From Candidatus Eiseniibacteriota bacterium (GTDB lineage: Bacteria > Eisenbacteria > RBG-16-71-46), in contig CAVSAC010000014.1 of the NCBI GenBank assembly GCA_963725865.1, positions 1,183,816 to 1,247,815 of the forward strand: DNA of 64,000 nt, read 5' to 3'. Positions 30,262-39,396 of this stretch are shown piece by piece (positions within the stretch are counted from its first letter, which is position 1; each line of letters starts with the position of its first letter). Position numbers and translations under genes: made by a program. The notes under the pieces were generated by a model. The model worked only from the letters and a program-made list of their open reading frames with translations. It had not been told where the DNA came from and did no database searches.

Positions 30262-31512
30262 TCAGCCGCGCGGCGGGACGCCCAGCTGGACCACGGGCCC
30301 CGCCGCGGGAGGGCGCACGGTGCGCGCGATGCGCGGCAGCGCGCCGAGCGCCCACAGCCCCCACGCCACGATCCACAGCGCCGCGCTCGCCGCGTACGCG
30401 TGCAGCATCCCCGCGGGAGCGACCGCGGCGGCCAGGCGCGCGAGCAGCGCCAGCGCGAGCGCCAGCAGCAGCCACGGCGTGAGCAGCCGCGCCTCGTCTG
30501 CGAACGGATGGCGCCCGTGAGCGACGGTCACGCGCGAGCCGATGCCGAGCGTGAGCAGTCCGTAGCCGCCGATGAACATGACGTGACAGGCGGCGACCGC
30601 CTGCTGGGGCCACAGCACCGCGAGCCACAGCCCGGCGAGCACGCACCAGCCCGAGGTCCACAGCGAACGAGCCAGCACGCCCTTCTGGCCCGGGCCGCGG
30701 TAGATCTTCCAGACCAGCAACAGCATGACGCTCGCCGCCAGCGCTCGGGCCAGCGACCCGGCCCACGCGTGGCCCGCGGCCTCGAGCCCGAACGCGGCCA
30801 GCAGCGCGAGAGCGACCACCGCGAACAGTCGGCGGCGCCCGGTCCGCTCGTGCGGCCGCGCGATCCCGGGGACGCCGAGCGGGTCGCGGATGCCGGCGAA
30901 CGTGGGGACCAGCAGGCCGCCCACGCCGAGCACGATCGAGAGCGTCTCGCCGAACGCCATCAGGTGCTCGCCGAAGCGCGGCGCAGGAGGGGCGACGCCG
31001 AACGCGGTCTGGGCCACCAGCACCGCGGCGCCGGCCACGCCGAACAGCAGCCCGAGGGCGACGAAGACGAACTCCTCGGGCGGCAGGTGACGCGAGCGGC
31101 GGATGCGGATGCCGAGCGCCCATGCGATCAGCAGCGCCACCGCGCCGCTGACGGCGTGCGCTGCCCACGCGACGCCGAGCAGGGCGAGCGCCCCGAACGC
31201 GGTCATCAGGCCCACCGCGGTCGCGAGCTCGCCGCGGGTGCAGCGTCCGCCGCGCGTGAACGCGGGCATCGCGGTGAACAGGAAGCCGAGCACGAACGAC
31301 AGCTCGAAGCCCTCGATCATGAGCGTCATGTGGAGCGGCCCGGGCCACGCCCCGCCGCCGCTCCCCAGCACCAGCCACGGCGCGGCGCCCAGCACCGCGA
31401 ACGTGGCGCCGATCGGGAACAGGAGGCGGTAGGGCTCGGGCCACGTGGAGCCGGGCGACGATCCGGCGGCCGCCGGGCGCACGCCGGGAGGAACCGGAAA
31501 GGGGGAGGCCAT
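30262..31512 (-). CDS. nnrS: NnrS family membrane protein
   Basis: EPYRLLF, H..LMIEGF..GFLFTAMP, H..FIGG, RVTVAHG and about 12 TM helices. Last gene of the nos operon. Confidence 0.85.
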   Translation of the reverse strand: MASPFPVPPGVRPAAAGSSPGSTWPEPYRLLFPIGATFAVLGAAPWLVLGSGGGAWPGPLHMTLMIEGFELSFVLGFLFTAMPAFTRGGRCTRGELATAVGLMTAFGALALLGVAWAAHAVSGAVALLIAWALGIRIRRSRHLPPEEFVFVALGLLFGVAGAAVLVAQTAFGVAPPAPRFGEHLMAFGETLSIVLGVGGLLVPTFAGIRDPLGVPGIARPHERTGRRRLFAVVALALLAAFGLEAAGHAWAGSLARALAASVMLLLVWKIYRGPGQKGVLARSLWTSGWCVLAGLWLAVLWPQQAVAACHVMFIGGYGLLTLGIGSRVTVAHGRHPFADEARLLTPWLLLALALALLARLAAAVAPAGMLHAYAASAALWIVAWGLWALGALPRIARTVRPPAAGPVVQLGVPPRG

Positions 31513-31521
31513 CGCCGGAGG

Positions 31522-32364
31522 CTACCAGTCCCGCCGGCGGAACACCCGCGCCGCCACCACCAGCGGCACCGCGGTCTCCAGCGCCAGCACCGCGAGCGCC
31601 AGCGCGACGCCCGGAGCGGTGCCGGCGGCCTTCATGAGCACGGCCGAGGTCGGTCCGAACAAGGCACCCGAGCCGACCGCGAGCGTGACCAGCACGCGCG
31701 TCAGGTCCACCGGGTTGAGCAGCAACGCCGGGAACAGCACGGTCTGCAGCGGCAGCCCCGCGAGCAACGTGGTGGCGCCGAGCACCGCGAGGTCGTAGGC
31801 GATCGCCAGCAGCAGCCACAGCAGCAGCGCGGCCGACATCGCCTTGAGACGGTCGGGCCACAGCGTCGCGATCGCGAGCGACGCGGCGACGCTGATCGCG
31901 CCCAGCAGCAGCGAGAGCGCGGTGAGCGCGAGAAACCCCGGCCACTGCCCGGCGCCGGCATCGAGCGCCACCACCACGCCACCGATGCCGAAGCCGAGCG
32001 CCTGGGCCACCGAGAGGGCGCCGACCAGGCCGAGGAACTTGCCGGCCAGCACCTCGCCCCGGCCGACCGGCTGCGCCAGCAGCAGCGACAGCGCGTCGCC
32101 CCCCAGCAGGCTCGCGACGCCGAGCAGCAGCCCGGTGAGCGGAACGATCAGCAGCACCAGGTTCATGAGGCTGAGCGTCACCCGCGCGAACCCCTGGAAG
32201 CCGACCTCGCGGCTCTGGGCGAGGCCGAAGTACGAGAGCCCGAGCACCAGCGCGGCGAACAGCACGGTGAATCCGAACAGCCAGCGCGTCTCGAGCGCGC
32301 GACGGTACTCGTCGGCCGCCACCACGCGCACGCGCGCCAGGCTCGCCTGCGACATGCGGGTCAT
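31522..32364 (-). CDS. nosY: Nos ABC transporter permease
   Basis: LLLAQPVGRGEVLAGKFLG, LLLNPVDLTR; nos context. Confidence 0.88.
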   Translation of the reverse strand: MTRMSQASLARVRVVAADEYRRALETRWLFGFTVLFAALVLGLSYFGLAQSREVGFQGFARVTLSLMNLVLLIVPLTGLLLGVASLLGGDALSLLLAQPVGRGEVLAGKFLGLVGALSVAQALGFGIGGVVVALDAGAGQWPGFLALTALSLLLGAISVAASLAIATLWPDRLKAMSAALLLWLLLAIAYDLAVLGATTLLAGLPLQTVLFPALLLNPVDLTRVLVTLAVGSGALFGPTSAVLMKAAGTAPGVALALAVLALETAVPLVVAARVFRRRDW

Positions 32365-32777
32365 CGATGTCCCTCCACCAGATGGGAGCCGGTCACGACG
32401 AAGCGACCCGCGGGCCGGCCGTCGACGAGAAAGGCGAAGTCCTCGCCCGGAAGGTCCGCGATGAACTCCACGTCCCACCGCTCGCCGGGCGCGAGCGCCG
32501 CGACGCTCACGCGTTCCGCGTAGCCGGCGAGCGCGATGCGCACCGCGGCGGCGCCGGCGTTGCGCACGACGAGGCGAACGCGGGCGCCCTTCGGCACCAC
32601 GACCGGATCCGGCGCGATCGCGCCGTCGCGCACCACCAGCGTGTCGACGCGCAGCGGTGCCGCCACCACGGGCGCGGCGGGTGCCGCCGGCGGGCGATGT
32701 GGCCGCCGCGCGGCCAGCGCGACCGCCAGCGCGGCGATCAGTCCCACCACCAGCAGGCGCAGGTAGGCGCGGCTCAT
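32361..32777 (-). CDS. Membrane-anchored cupredoxin-fold protein
   Basis: TM helix, PDPVVVPKGARVRLVVRN, LAPGE..F.AD.PG. ATGA-coupled on both sides. Confidence 0.7.
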   Translation of the reverse strand: MSRAYLRLLVVGLIAALAVALAARRPHRPPAAPAAPVVAAPLRVDTLVVRDGAIAPDPVVVPKGARVRLVVRNAGAAAVRIALAGYAERVSVAALAPGERWDVEFIADLPGEDFAFLVDGRPAGRFVVTGSHLVEGHR

Positions 32778-33214
32778 GGCCGGGCCTGCTCCGCGGAGAA
32801 CGCGGTCGCGCGATCGACGTGACCACTGGTCCGCGCGGCCACCGCCTCGGCGGCGCCGCGATCGAGGAACGCCGCGTACCCGCCGCCCATCGGGGACGGG
32901 AACGAGCCCTTCACGATCCACAGCGAGTCGGCGGCGTGCAGCGTGCGCGAGTCGTAGTCGGCGAGCCACGCGCGGGCGTCGCGGTCGGCGCGCGCGTCGG
33001 CCAGCAGGCATTCGATGGAGTCGTAGACGCGCCACGCGCCGCGCGTCCGCAGCTCGCACGCGAAGCGCAGGTTCTCGACGTCCATGCCGCAGCCCACGCA
33101 CGTGGCGCCGACCGCGATCGGTGGGGGTCCTGCCTGGCGCCCGCACCCCGTCGGGGCGAGGGCGAGCGCCAGGAGGACGGCGAACCATTCGAGGCGGGCG
33201 CGGGCGCCGGTCAT
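32774..33214 (-). CDS. nosL: Copper chaperone lipoprotein NosL
   Basis: Lipobox-like TGC, CVGCGM, YDSIECL, SPMGGGYAAF. Confidence 0.88.
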   Translation of the reverse strand: MTGARARLEWFAVLLALALAPTGCGRQAGPPPIAVGATCVGCGMDVENLRFACELRTRGAWRVYDSIECLLADARADRDARAWLADYDSRTLHAADSLWIVKGSFPSPMGGGYAAFLDRGAAEAVAARTSGHVDRATAFSAEQARP

Positions 33215-34116
33215 GTCCGGCCTCCGCGCACGACGCCCAGGAAGATCTCCTCGAGCGAAGGGCGCTGCACCACGAACGAGCGCACGGACACCCCCGCGGC
33301 ACGCAACCGCTCGAGCGCCTCGATGCCGCGGCCGTTGGTCGACTCGAGCGAGAGGCGCAGTGGGGATTCGAGCGTCCACGCCACGCCCAGCGGCGCCAGC
33401 GCGCACTCGAGCCCGGCATGCGGGTCGTGCAGCTCGATCACCAGCCGGCTCGCGCGCAGCTGGTGGGCGCGCAGGTCCTCCAGGCGCTCGAGCGCCGCGC
33501 ACCGCCCGTCGACCAGGATGAGCACACGGTCGGCGACCCGCTCCACCTCGGCCAGCAGGTGCGAGCACAGCAGGATGGTCTTGCCCTCGCGATGGAGCGA
33601 CTCGAGCAGCGTGCGGAACTCCCAGGTGGCTTCCGGGTCGAGACTCGCGGTGGGCTCGTCGAGCACCAGCAGCGCGGGATCGCCCAGCAGCGCCTGCGCC
33701 AGCGAGAGCCGCTGGGTGTAGCCGCCCGACAGCGTGCTCGCGCGCCGCTGCGCCATCGCCGCGAGTCCGACCCGCGCGAGCGCCGAGGCGACCGCCGCGT
33801 GCGGCAGGCCGCGCAGCGCCGCGAAGAACCCCAGCACCTCCGCGACCGAGCGGCCCGGCGTGAACTCGACCCGCTGCGGGACGTAGCCCACGTCGAGGCG
33901 CGCGCGCGGATCGAGCGGCGATCGACGCTCGCGCCCCACCGCGATGCGACCGGAGTCGGGACGCGCAAGGCCGAGGATCAGCTTCAGGGTCGTGGTCTTG
34001 CCGGCGCCGTTGGGACCGATCAGCGCGAACGTCTCGCCGGGATGGACCTCGAACGAGAGTCCGTCCACCGCGGACACGGTGCCGTAGCGCTTGACGAGGC
34101 TCTCGGCGACGATCAT
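33211..34116 (-). CDS. nosF: Nos ABC transporter ATP-binding protein
   Basis: GPNGAGKTT, LSGG, LVLDEP; nos context. Confidence 0.9.
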   Translation of the reverse strand: MIVAESLVKRYGTVSAVDGLSFEVHPGETFALIGPNGAGKTTTLKLILGLARPDSGRIAVGRERRSPLDPRARLDVGYVPQRVEFTPGRSVAEVLGFFAALRGLPHAAVASALARVGLAAMAQRRASTLSGGYTQRLSLAQALLGDPALLVLDEPTASLDPEATWEFRTLLESLHREGKTILLCSHLLAEVERVADRVLILVDGRCAALERLEDLRAHQLRASRLVIELHDPHAGLECALAPLGVAWTLESPLRLSLESTNGRGIEALERLRAAGVSVRSFVVQRPSLEEIFLGVVRGGRT

Positions 34117-35534
34117 GCGCGCCTCCGCGAGCGTGCAAGGCCGAGCGCGCCGGCACTCGCCAGCCCGGCGAACGCACCCAGCGGCCCCCACGCGAGCGCC
34201 GCGGCGGGCCGCCCGCCACGCATGGCCGCGCGTGCCGCCACCGGCGGCGCGATCAGCGGGAAGCGGTCGACGACCTCGCTCGGTCGCAGCGACGGCAGCA
34301 CGCGCTCGGCCACCCCCAGCGCGGTGACGGCCGGGCTGCGGGCGAGCAGCGTGAGGTCGGGGTACTGCTTGGAGAGGAACGCGAACGCGCCGACCGGCGA
34401 ATAGGGCACGTCGCTCACGCCGTTCCCGTCGAGGTCGTAGGCGGCGTTCTCGCTCCAGTAGTTGCCGTGCTGCCCGTCGTCGAACGCGTTGTCGCTCCGT
34501 CGCATGTCGAGCGCGACCGGATAGTCGTTGCCGAGGAACGAGTTCCCGACGAAGACATTGTGCGCGCACGAGGAGAACAGCAGGACGCCCCAGCCGTTGT
34601 CCTGGATCAGGTTCGCGCGGAGGCGATTGCGATTGGAGTTGTCCATGAAGATCGCGATGGTGTTGTCGACGAGCCGGTTCGCGACGAACGAGCCGTCGGA
34701 GCAATCGCGCAGCAGCAGGCCGTAGGTGCGCGGGCCGCGATTGTGGATGAAGTCGTTGTCCTCGATCACGATGTGATTCGAGAACATCAGAGCGCATCCG
34801 GCGCTGTTGTGCTCGAACACGTTCCGGACCAGGCGATTCTCCTGGTTGTACATGGTGTGGAGCCCGTAGCGCCCGTTGTGGTGGAGCGCGTTGCGATCGA
34901 CCACCGCGTGATCGGCGAACGACAGGTAGATCGCGTCGACGAACCGCGTGACGTCGTTGCCGGTGAGGCGTGCGCCGTCCGAGTACCAGAGGTGGATCCC
35001 GTTGCCCTCGCCGTCCTCTCGCAGCGGCGGCGTGCGGCCGCGCAGCCGGCAGTCCTCGACCCGCAGGCCGGGGGAGCGCTCGGCGTAGACGCCGTAGAGC
35101 ACGTCGTCCATGCGGACGCGACGCACGGTCACGCCGCCGCACAGCGTGCGCACGCCGGCGTCCGACGTGAGCGTGCGGTCGCCGCTGTGGCGCACCTCGA
35201 GGTCCTCGAGCGTGGTGCCCGCGGCGGTGACGCGCACGACCGTGCCCTGCCCGAGCCCGTCGATCACCGCGCCGGGCTCGCCCCGCAGGGTGACCGGGGT
35301 GGTGATCTCGAGCGGCCCCGCGTGCACGCCGCGGGCGAGGATCAGCGTGTCGCCCGGCCGAGCGGCGGCGAGCGCGCGCGCGGCCGCGCCGCGGCTCGCG
35401 GGCACCCGCACCACGCCCGGCCGCGCCGCGGTGGCGATGGCGGGCCCGCCGGCCGCGAAGGCCGCGGTGGTCGGGCCGGCGCCGAGGAGCGCCGCGGTGG
35501 TGGCCGCGAGGAACCGGGCGGCGATCCACTTCAT
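34113..35534 (-). CDS. nosD: Nitrous oxide reductase maturation protein
   Basis: Beta-helix repeats, GNGIHLW, RYGLHTMY, GNYWS..YDLDGNGVSDVPY. Confidence 0.93.
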   Translation of the reverse strand: MKWIAARFLAATTAALLGAGPTTAAFAAGGPAIATAARPGVVRVPASRGAAARALAAARPGDTLILARGVHAGPLEITTPVTLRGEPGAVIDGLGQGTVVRVTAAGTTLEDLEVRHSGDRTLTSDAGVRTLCGGVTVRRVRMDDVLYGVYAERSPGLRVEDCRLRGRTPPLREDGEGNGIHLWYSDGARLTGNDVTRFVDAIYLSFADHAVVDRNALHHNGRYGLHTMYNQENRLVRNVFEHNSAGCALMFSNHIVIEDNDFIHNRGPRTYGLLLRDCSDGSFVANRLVDNTIAIFMDNSNRNRLRANLIQDNGWGVLLFSSCAHNVFVGNSFLGNDYPVALDMRRSDNAFDDGQHGNYWSENAAYDLDGNGVSDVPYSPVGAFAFLSKQYPDLTLLARSPAVTALGVAERVLPSLRPSEVVDRFPLIAPPVAARAAMRGGRPAAALAWGPLGAFAGLASAGALGLARSRRRA

Positions 35535-36151
35535 GGTGTCGGCGCCTTCGCGGTCACGGCGCGGCGGCGCTGTAGCCACTCGTGGACCAGCACCAGCGGC
35601 CCCAGCAGCCACGCCGCTCCGAGCAGGAGCGTCCCCGGCCCGGGCAGGCTCCAGACGTGGAAGTTCGCCATCTTCTTGTAGCCGAGCACCGGCGGGGTGA
35701 ACGTCGGGAGCTTGATCGCGGCGCGCGGGTCGAGATCGTGACCGTAGCGCCACAGCCACTCGAAGTAGTCCTTGAACATCACGATCGCGAACGCGCTGAA
35801 CGCGCACCAGCCGAGCACCGCGACCCAGCGGCGGTTCACCAGCGCGGCGATCAGGGCCATCACGCCGAAGAACGTGAGCAGCTGCGGCAGGTAGGTGAAC
35901 TCGCGGAAGTCGGCGGGCGTGATGGCGTGCATGCCGACGTAGTGGTTGAGCGTGTTGATCTTGTCGAGGTCGCCGCGGATCGTGTTGCTGTAGATGGTGA
36001 GCGTCAGCCCCTCCGGGTACTGGGGCGCACGCATGCGCATGCTCCAGATCGGCAGCACGGGGAGGAAGAACACGGGCAGCAGCACCAGCGCGGCGATCGC
36101 GACGAGTGCGCGATCCTGGCTGCCGAACCGTCCGGTCAGATAGCGGGTCAT
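35531..36151 (-). CDS. nosB: Clade II nos membrane protein
   Basis: APQYPEGL, INTLNHYVGM, WLWRYGHDLDP, PPVLG; directly downstream of nosZ. Confidence 0.85.
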   Translation of the reverse strand: MTRYLTGRFGSQDRALVAIAALVLLPVFFLPVLPIWSMRMRAPQYPEGLTLTIYSNTIRGDLDKINTLNHYVGMHAITPADFREFTYLPQLLTFFGVMALIAALVNRRWVAVLGWCAFSAFAIVMFKDYFEWLWRYGHDLDPRAAIKLPTFTPPVLGYKKMANFHVWSLPGPGTLLLGAAWLLGPLVLVHEWLQRRRAVTAKAPTP

Positions 36152-36166
36152 GAGTGCCTCGAGATG

Positions 36167-36192
36167 GGGGCGGCGGCGGGCGCCGCCGCCCC
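36167..36192. promoter_or_regulatory. Strong intercistronic hairpin after nosZ
   Basis: GGGGCGGCGGCG/CGCCGCCGCCCC inverted repeat. Confidence 0.5.
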
Positions 36193-36200
36193 GACGTGCT

Positions 36201-38108
36201 TCAATGGGCGAGCAGTGCGGCCACCGCGGCGACCTGCTTCGGATCGGGCCGTTGCAGCGCGGCCACCGGCGACCCCTTGGGTCGGATCTCGATCAGGCCC
36301 TGCATCTCCTGGTGCAGCGCGCTGCAGAAGTTCGAGCAGTAGAACGGCGTGATCCCGACCTTCTCCGCCTTCCAGTGCATCGTCTTGGTCTCGCCGGGCT
36401 CGATCTGCATGTTGCAGTTCGACCATAGGATGCCGAAGCCATGCGCGATGTCGTCGTCCTGCTCCAGGTTGGTGACGTGGAAGTACACGTCGTCGCCCTC
36501 GCTCACGACGACTCGGTCGGGCGTGAAGTGGGTGCGCACCGCGAGCATGTACACGTCCACGCGGCCGCCCTTGCGCTCGATCCGCGCCTCCTCGGCGCGG
36601 TGGATGGCGCCGGGCTTGTGGTTGTCGGCGAGCGGATACACGGTGATCGGCTTGAGCTTCTCGGCCCGGATCATCTGCGCGTAGTGCGGCTCGAGGTAGG
36701 TCGGGAAGTCCTCGAGCAACGTCATCTTCGGGCCACGCAGGTCGATGAGCTGCGCCGCCTCGGGATGCGTCGGCCCGACGCTCAGGTAGCGGTCCTTCGA
36801 GAGCTTGTCGAGCGCCACCACGTACTCGCCGGTGGGATGGCGCGTGTCACCCTCGGAGGCCATCAGGTGGCCGATCGAGTAGTACACGTCGATCTTGTCG
36901 ATCACGTTCCAGGGCGGACCGACCTTCCACTTCGCGATCTGCGAGTCGAGGAACAGCGAGGTGTAGGCGTTCCCCTTGTCGTCGAACTGGGTGTGGAGCG
37001 GGCCGAGCCCGACCGGGACCTTCGCCTCGAGGCAGTCCTGGTACTGCAGCACCGGGATGCCGAGCCGGTCGCCGTCGAACTTCTTCGCGGCGACCGCGGC
37101 CTGGAACTTCTGGAAGCTGAACACCGTCACCTCGGCCTGCAGCTTTCCGGACGCGCAGATGTACTCGCCGGTCGGGTTCACGTCGACGCCGTGCGGGCTC
37201 TTGGGAGTGGGGATCAGGTAGACGAGTCCGGGCACGTCCTTCGGATCGAGCACCGGCGCGCCGCCGATCATCTTCGCCTTGCCCGCGTCGACCGCCTTCT
37301 GGGCCACGCGCCAGTCCACCGCGGCGACGTAGTCCATCTCGTTCTGCGACGCGTTGATCTCGAGGGAGTCGAACGCCATCTCGCTGTTGTAGCAGGTGAA
37401 GAACTCCCAGCCCGCGCTCGGGCCCTTGCCGGCGTCGGCGAGGTCCCAGTCGAACGGCGGCATCATGATCTCGAAGCCCATCGACATGGTGCCGTCCTTG
37501 GGATCCACCTTGATGCCCGCGACGATGCCGCGGAAGTCGCGGCCGTAGTCCTCGATGTGCGCCGCGCGGTTCGGCACCGGCACCGAGAAGCGCGAGGCCG
37601 CGAACACGTACTCGGTGTTCGGGGTCGGGAACGGACAGGCGTGCGCCGCCGAGAGGTTGGGGATGGGGCCGAAGATCTGCTTGGTCTTGAAGTCCTTCAG
37701 ATCGATGCGGGCGATCCGTGCGCTCGCCATGTCGTTGATGAACAGCCAGCGCCCGTCGTAGTCGCCGTCGGTCTCGCTGAGGCCCGGGTGGTGCGCGTCG
37801 CCCCAGGTGCGCCCGCCCAGCATCTCCTTGCTCTCCTCGTCGTAGCCGTAGCCCACCGCCGGCTCGGGCGTGAACACCGGGATGGTCGTGATGTGGCGGC
37901 ACGACGGGAAGCCGTACACGTAGACGTTTCCGTGGTGCCCGCCGGAGAGGAAGCCGTAGTACGCGTCGTGCTCGCCGGGCTTGACGTACACCTTCGTCGC
38001 GGCGTCACCCGAGGCGCCGCCGGCCCGGGTGCCCGCGCACCCGGGCAGCTGGGCCACCCCCCACAACGCACCGATCACCGTCACCGCGATCAGAGTCCAG
38101 CGCTTCAT
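36201..38108 (-). CDS. nosZ: Nitrous oxide reductase, clade II (Sec-type signal)
   Basis: SGGHHG, IPVF; CuZ His motifs WGDAHH, AHAC, KSPHG, GPLHTQFD, IGHL, EPHY; CuA HG..FYCSNFCSALHQEM. No twin-arginine motif. Confidence 0.97.
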   Translation of the reverse strand: MKRWTLIAVTVIGALWGVAQLPGCAGTRAGGASGDAATKVYVKPGEHDAYYGFLSGGHHGNVYVYGFPSCRHITTIPVFTPEPAVGYGYDEESKEMLGGRTWGDAHHPGLSETDGDYDGRWLFINDMASARIARIDLKDFKTKQIFGPIPNLSAAHACPFPTPNTEYVFAASRFSVPVPNRAAHIEDYGRDFRGIVAGIKVDPKDGTMSMGFEIMMPPFDWDLADAGKGPSAGWEFFTCYNSEMAFDSLEINASQNEMDYVAAVDWRVAQKAVDAGKAKMIGGAPVLDPKDVPGLVYLIPTPKSPHGVDVNPTGEYICASGKLQAEVTVFSFQKFQAAVAAKKFDGDRLGIPVLQYQDCLEAKVPVGLGPLHTQFDDKGNAYTSLFLDSQIAKWKVGPPWNVIDKIDVYYSIGHLMASEGDTRHPTGEYVVALDKLSKDRYLSVGPTHPEAAQLIDLRGPKMTLLEDFPTYLEPHYAQMIRAEKLKPITVYPLADNHKPGAIHRAEEARIERKGGRVDVYMLAVRTHFTPDRVVVSEGDDVYFHVTNLEQDDDIAHGFGILWSNCNMQIEPGETKTMHWKAEKVGITPFYCSNFCSALHQEMQGLIEIRPKGSPVAALQRPDPKQVAAVAALLAH

Positions 38109-38145
38109 CGGATGTCTCCTTGTCGCCCCGGGGAGCGGGGCAGGG

Positions 38146-38649
38146 TCACTTCGCCTCGCCGGCTTCGTGGTCGGTGTGCTTGAAGAACTCCAGCACCGCG
38201 CGCGCTTCCTCGGGAGTCAGCCCCTGGTTCGGCATCTGCAGCATGTGCTTCGCGAACAGGTCCCGCGCGATCGGGTCCTGCTTCGTCATCAGGTCGGGGT
38301 GCAGGATCTGGCTCTCGATCCACTTCGCGGTGCGACGCTGCGTGACGCCCGCGAGGTCGGGCCCCGTGACCTTCTTCCCGAACGCGTGGCAGGCCGAGCA
38401 GCCCTTGGTCTGGAACAGATTCTGGCCGGTCGTGACCTGCGCGTCGTCGATCGGCTCGGTCGCCGCGCGCGGCCCGTCGTCGAGCCCGGCCGGCAGCGTG
38501 GCGGTGGTCGCACCGGCGGCACCAGCGGCACCCGAGGCCGCGGATCCGCCGTCGGCGGCGCCGGACGCGCCGGAGTCGGCCGACTTCGAGCACGACGACA
38601 GCGCGAGCGTGGCGGCGAGGGCGAGGGCGAAGCAGGCGAAGCGCTTCAT
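38146..38649 (-). CDS. Lipoprotein monoheme cytochrome c
   Basis: LSSC lipobox, CSACH, GPDLAGV, QMPN (axial Met). Confidence 0.92.
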   Translation of the reverse strand: MKRFACFALALAATLALSSCSKSADSGASGAADGGSAASGAAGAAGATTATLPAGLDDGPRAATEPIDDAQVTTGQNLFQTKGCSACHAFGKKVTGPDLAGVTQRRTAKWIESQILHPDLMTKQDPIARDLFAKHMLQMPNQGLTPEEARAVLEFFKHTDHEAGEAK

Positions 38650-39182
38650 AGATGGATCCCTTTCGAGTCCCCCGGCGCGGGCCGCGGGGACGGGTCGGAG
38701 TGATCGGCGCCCGTCCCGAAGCGGCCGAGGCGGGCGAGCTCCGCGGGGCCCAGCACGCGCTCGGCGATACTGAACACCACGGCTTCTTCCTTACGGATGT
38801 GGATCCGCAGCAGGTCCGCCAGATCGCGGACCTGGACGGTGATCTGTTCATCGCGGGCGCCGTCGCCCGGCCGCGCGGCCAGCTCGATCAGCGCGGCGAG
38901 CATGGCGACCAGCTCCGAGTGCTCGGACGAGAGCGGGCTCAGGCTCGCGCTCGTCGCGGGCAGCACCGACCGCAGCGCGGGGTAGAGCGCCTCCTCCTCG
39001 AGGCGCATGTGGGTCGCGAACTGCCCTTTCAGCAGCCCCAGCAGCTCGCGCAGGGCGGACTCGGTGGTCGGATCGATGCGGCCCCCGGCCTGCGTCTCTG
39101 CCACCGCGAGCTCGAGCGCCGCGGCGCGGTCCAACACGCGCGAGTGGTCGGCGCGCAGCCGCTGGAACAAGGTCTCGGACAT
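38646..39182 (-). CDS. Hemerythrin-like (HHE) domain protein
   Basis: LRADH, HMRLEEEALYP, EH, HIRKEEAVVF. Coupled to the cytochrome c gene. Confidence 0.88.
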   Translation of the reverse strand: MSETLFQRLRADHSRVLDRAAALELAVAETQAGGRIDPTTESALRELLGLLKGQFATHMRLEEEALYPALRSVLPATSASLSPLSSEHSELVAMLAALIELAARPGDGARDEQITVQVRDLADLLRIHIRKEEAVVFSIAERVLGPAELARLGRFGTGADHSDPSPRPAPGDSKGIHL

Positions 39183-39257
39183 CGGGTGCTCCCACGGGGA
39201 CGGCCCCCATGGCCGTCCGCTCGTCACCAGCATCGGTCCGCAGCGGCGCCAGGCGTG

Positions 39258-39271
39258 ATGACGCCGGTCAG
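39258..39271. promoter_or_regulatory. Crp/Fnr (DNR-like) box 1
   Basis: ATGAC-GCCG-GTCAG, resembling TTGAT-N4-ATCAA, in the divergent nos/regulator promoter. Confidence 0.6.
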
Positions 39272-39354
39272 TGCGCCGGTCGATTTCCACGCGCGCGCCG
39301 GATGGCCGAAGCGCCGCCCCCGCGCGGGTTTGGAGCCGCGAGCCGAAGTCGGCG

Positions 39355-39370
39355 TATGATGCGCGTCATA
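39355..39370. promoter_or_regulatory. Crp/Fnr (DNR-like) box 2
   Basis: Near-palindrome TATGAT-GCGC-GTCATA just upstream of the regulator RBS. Confidence 0.6.
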
Positions 39371-39396
39371 TCAGGCCCGAGGTGGGAGGGGGACCG

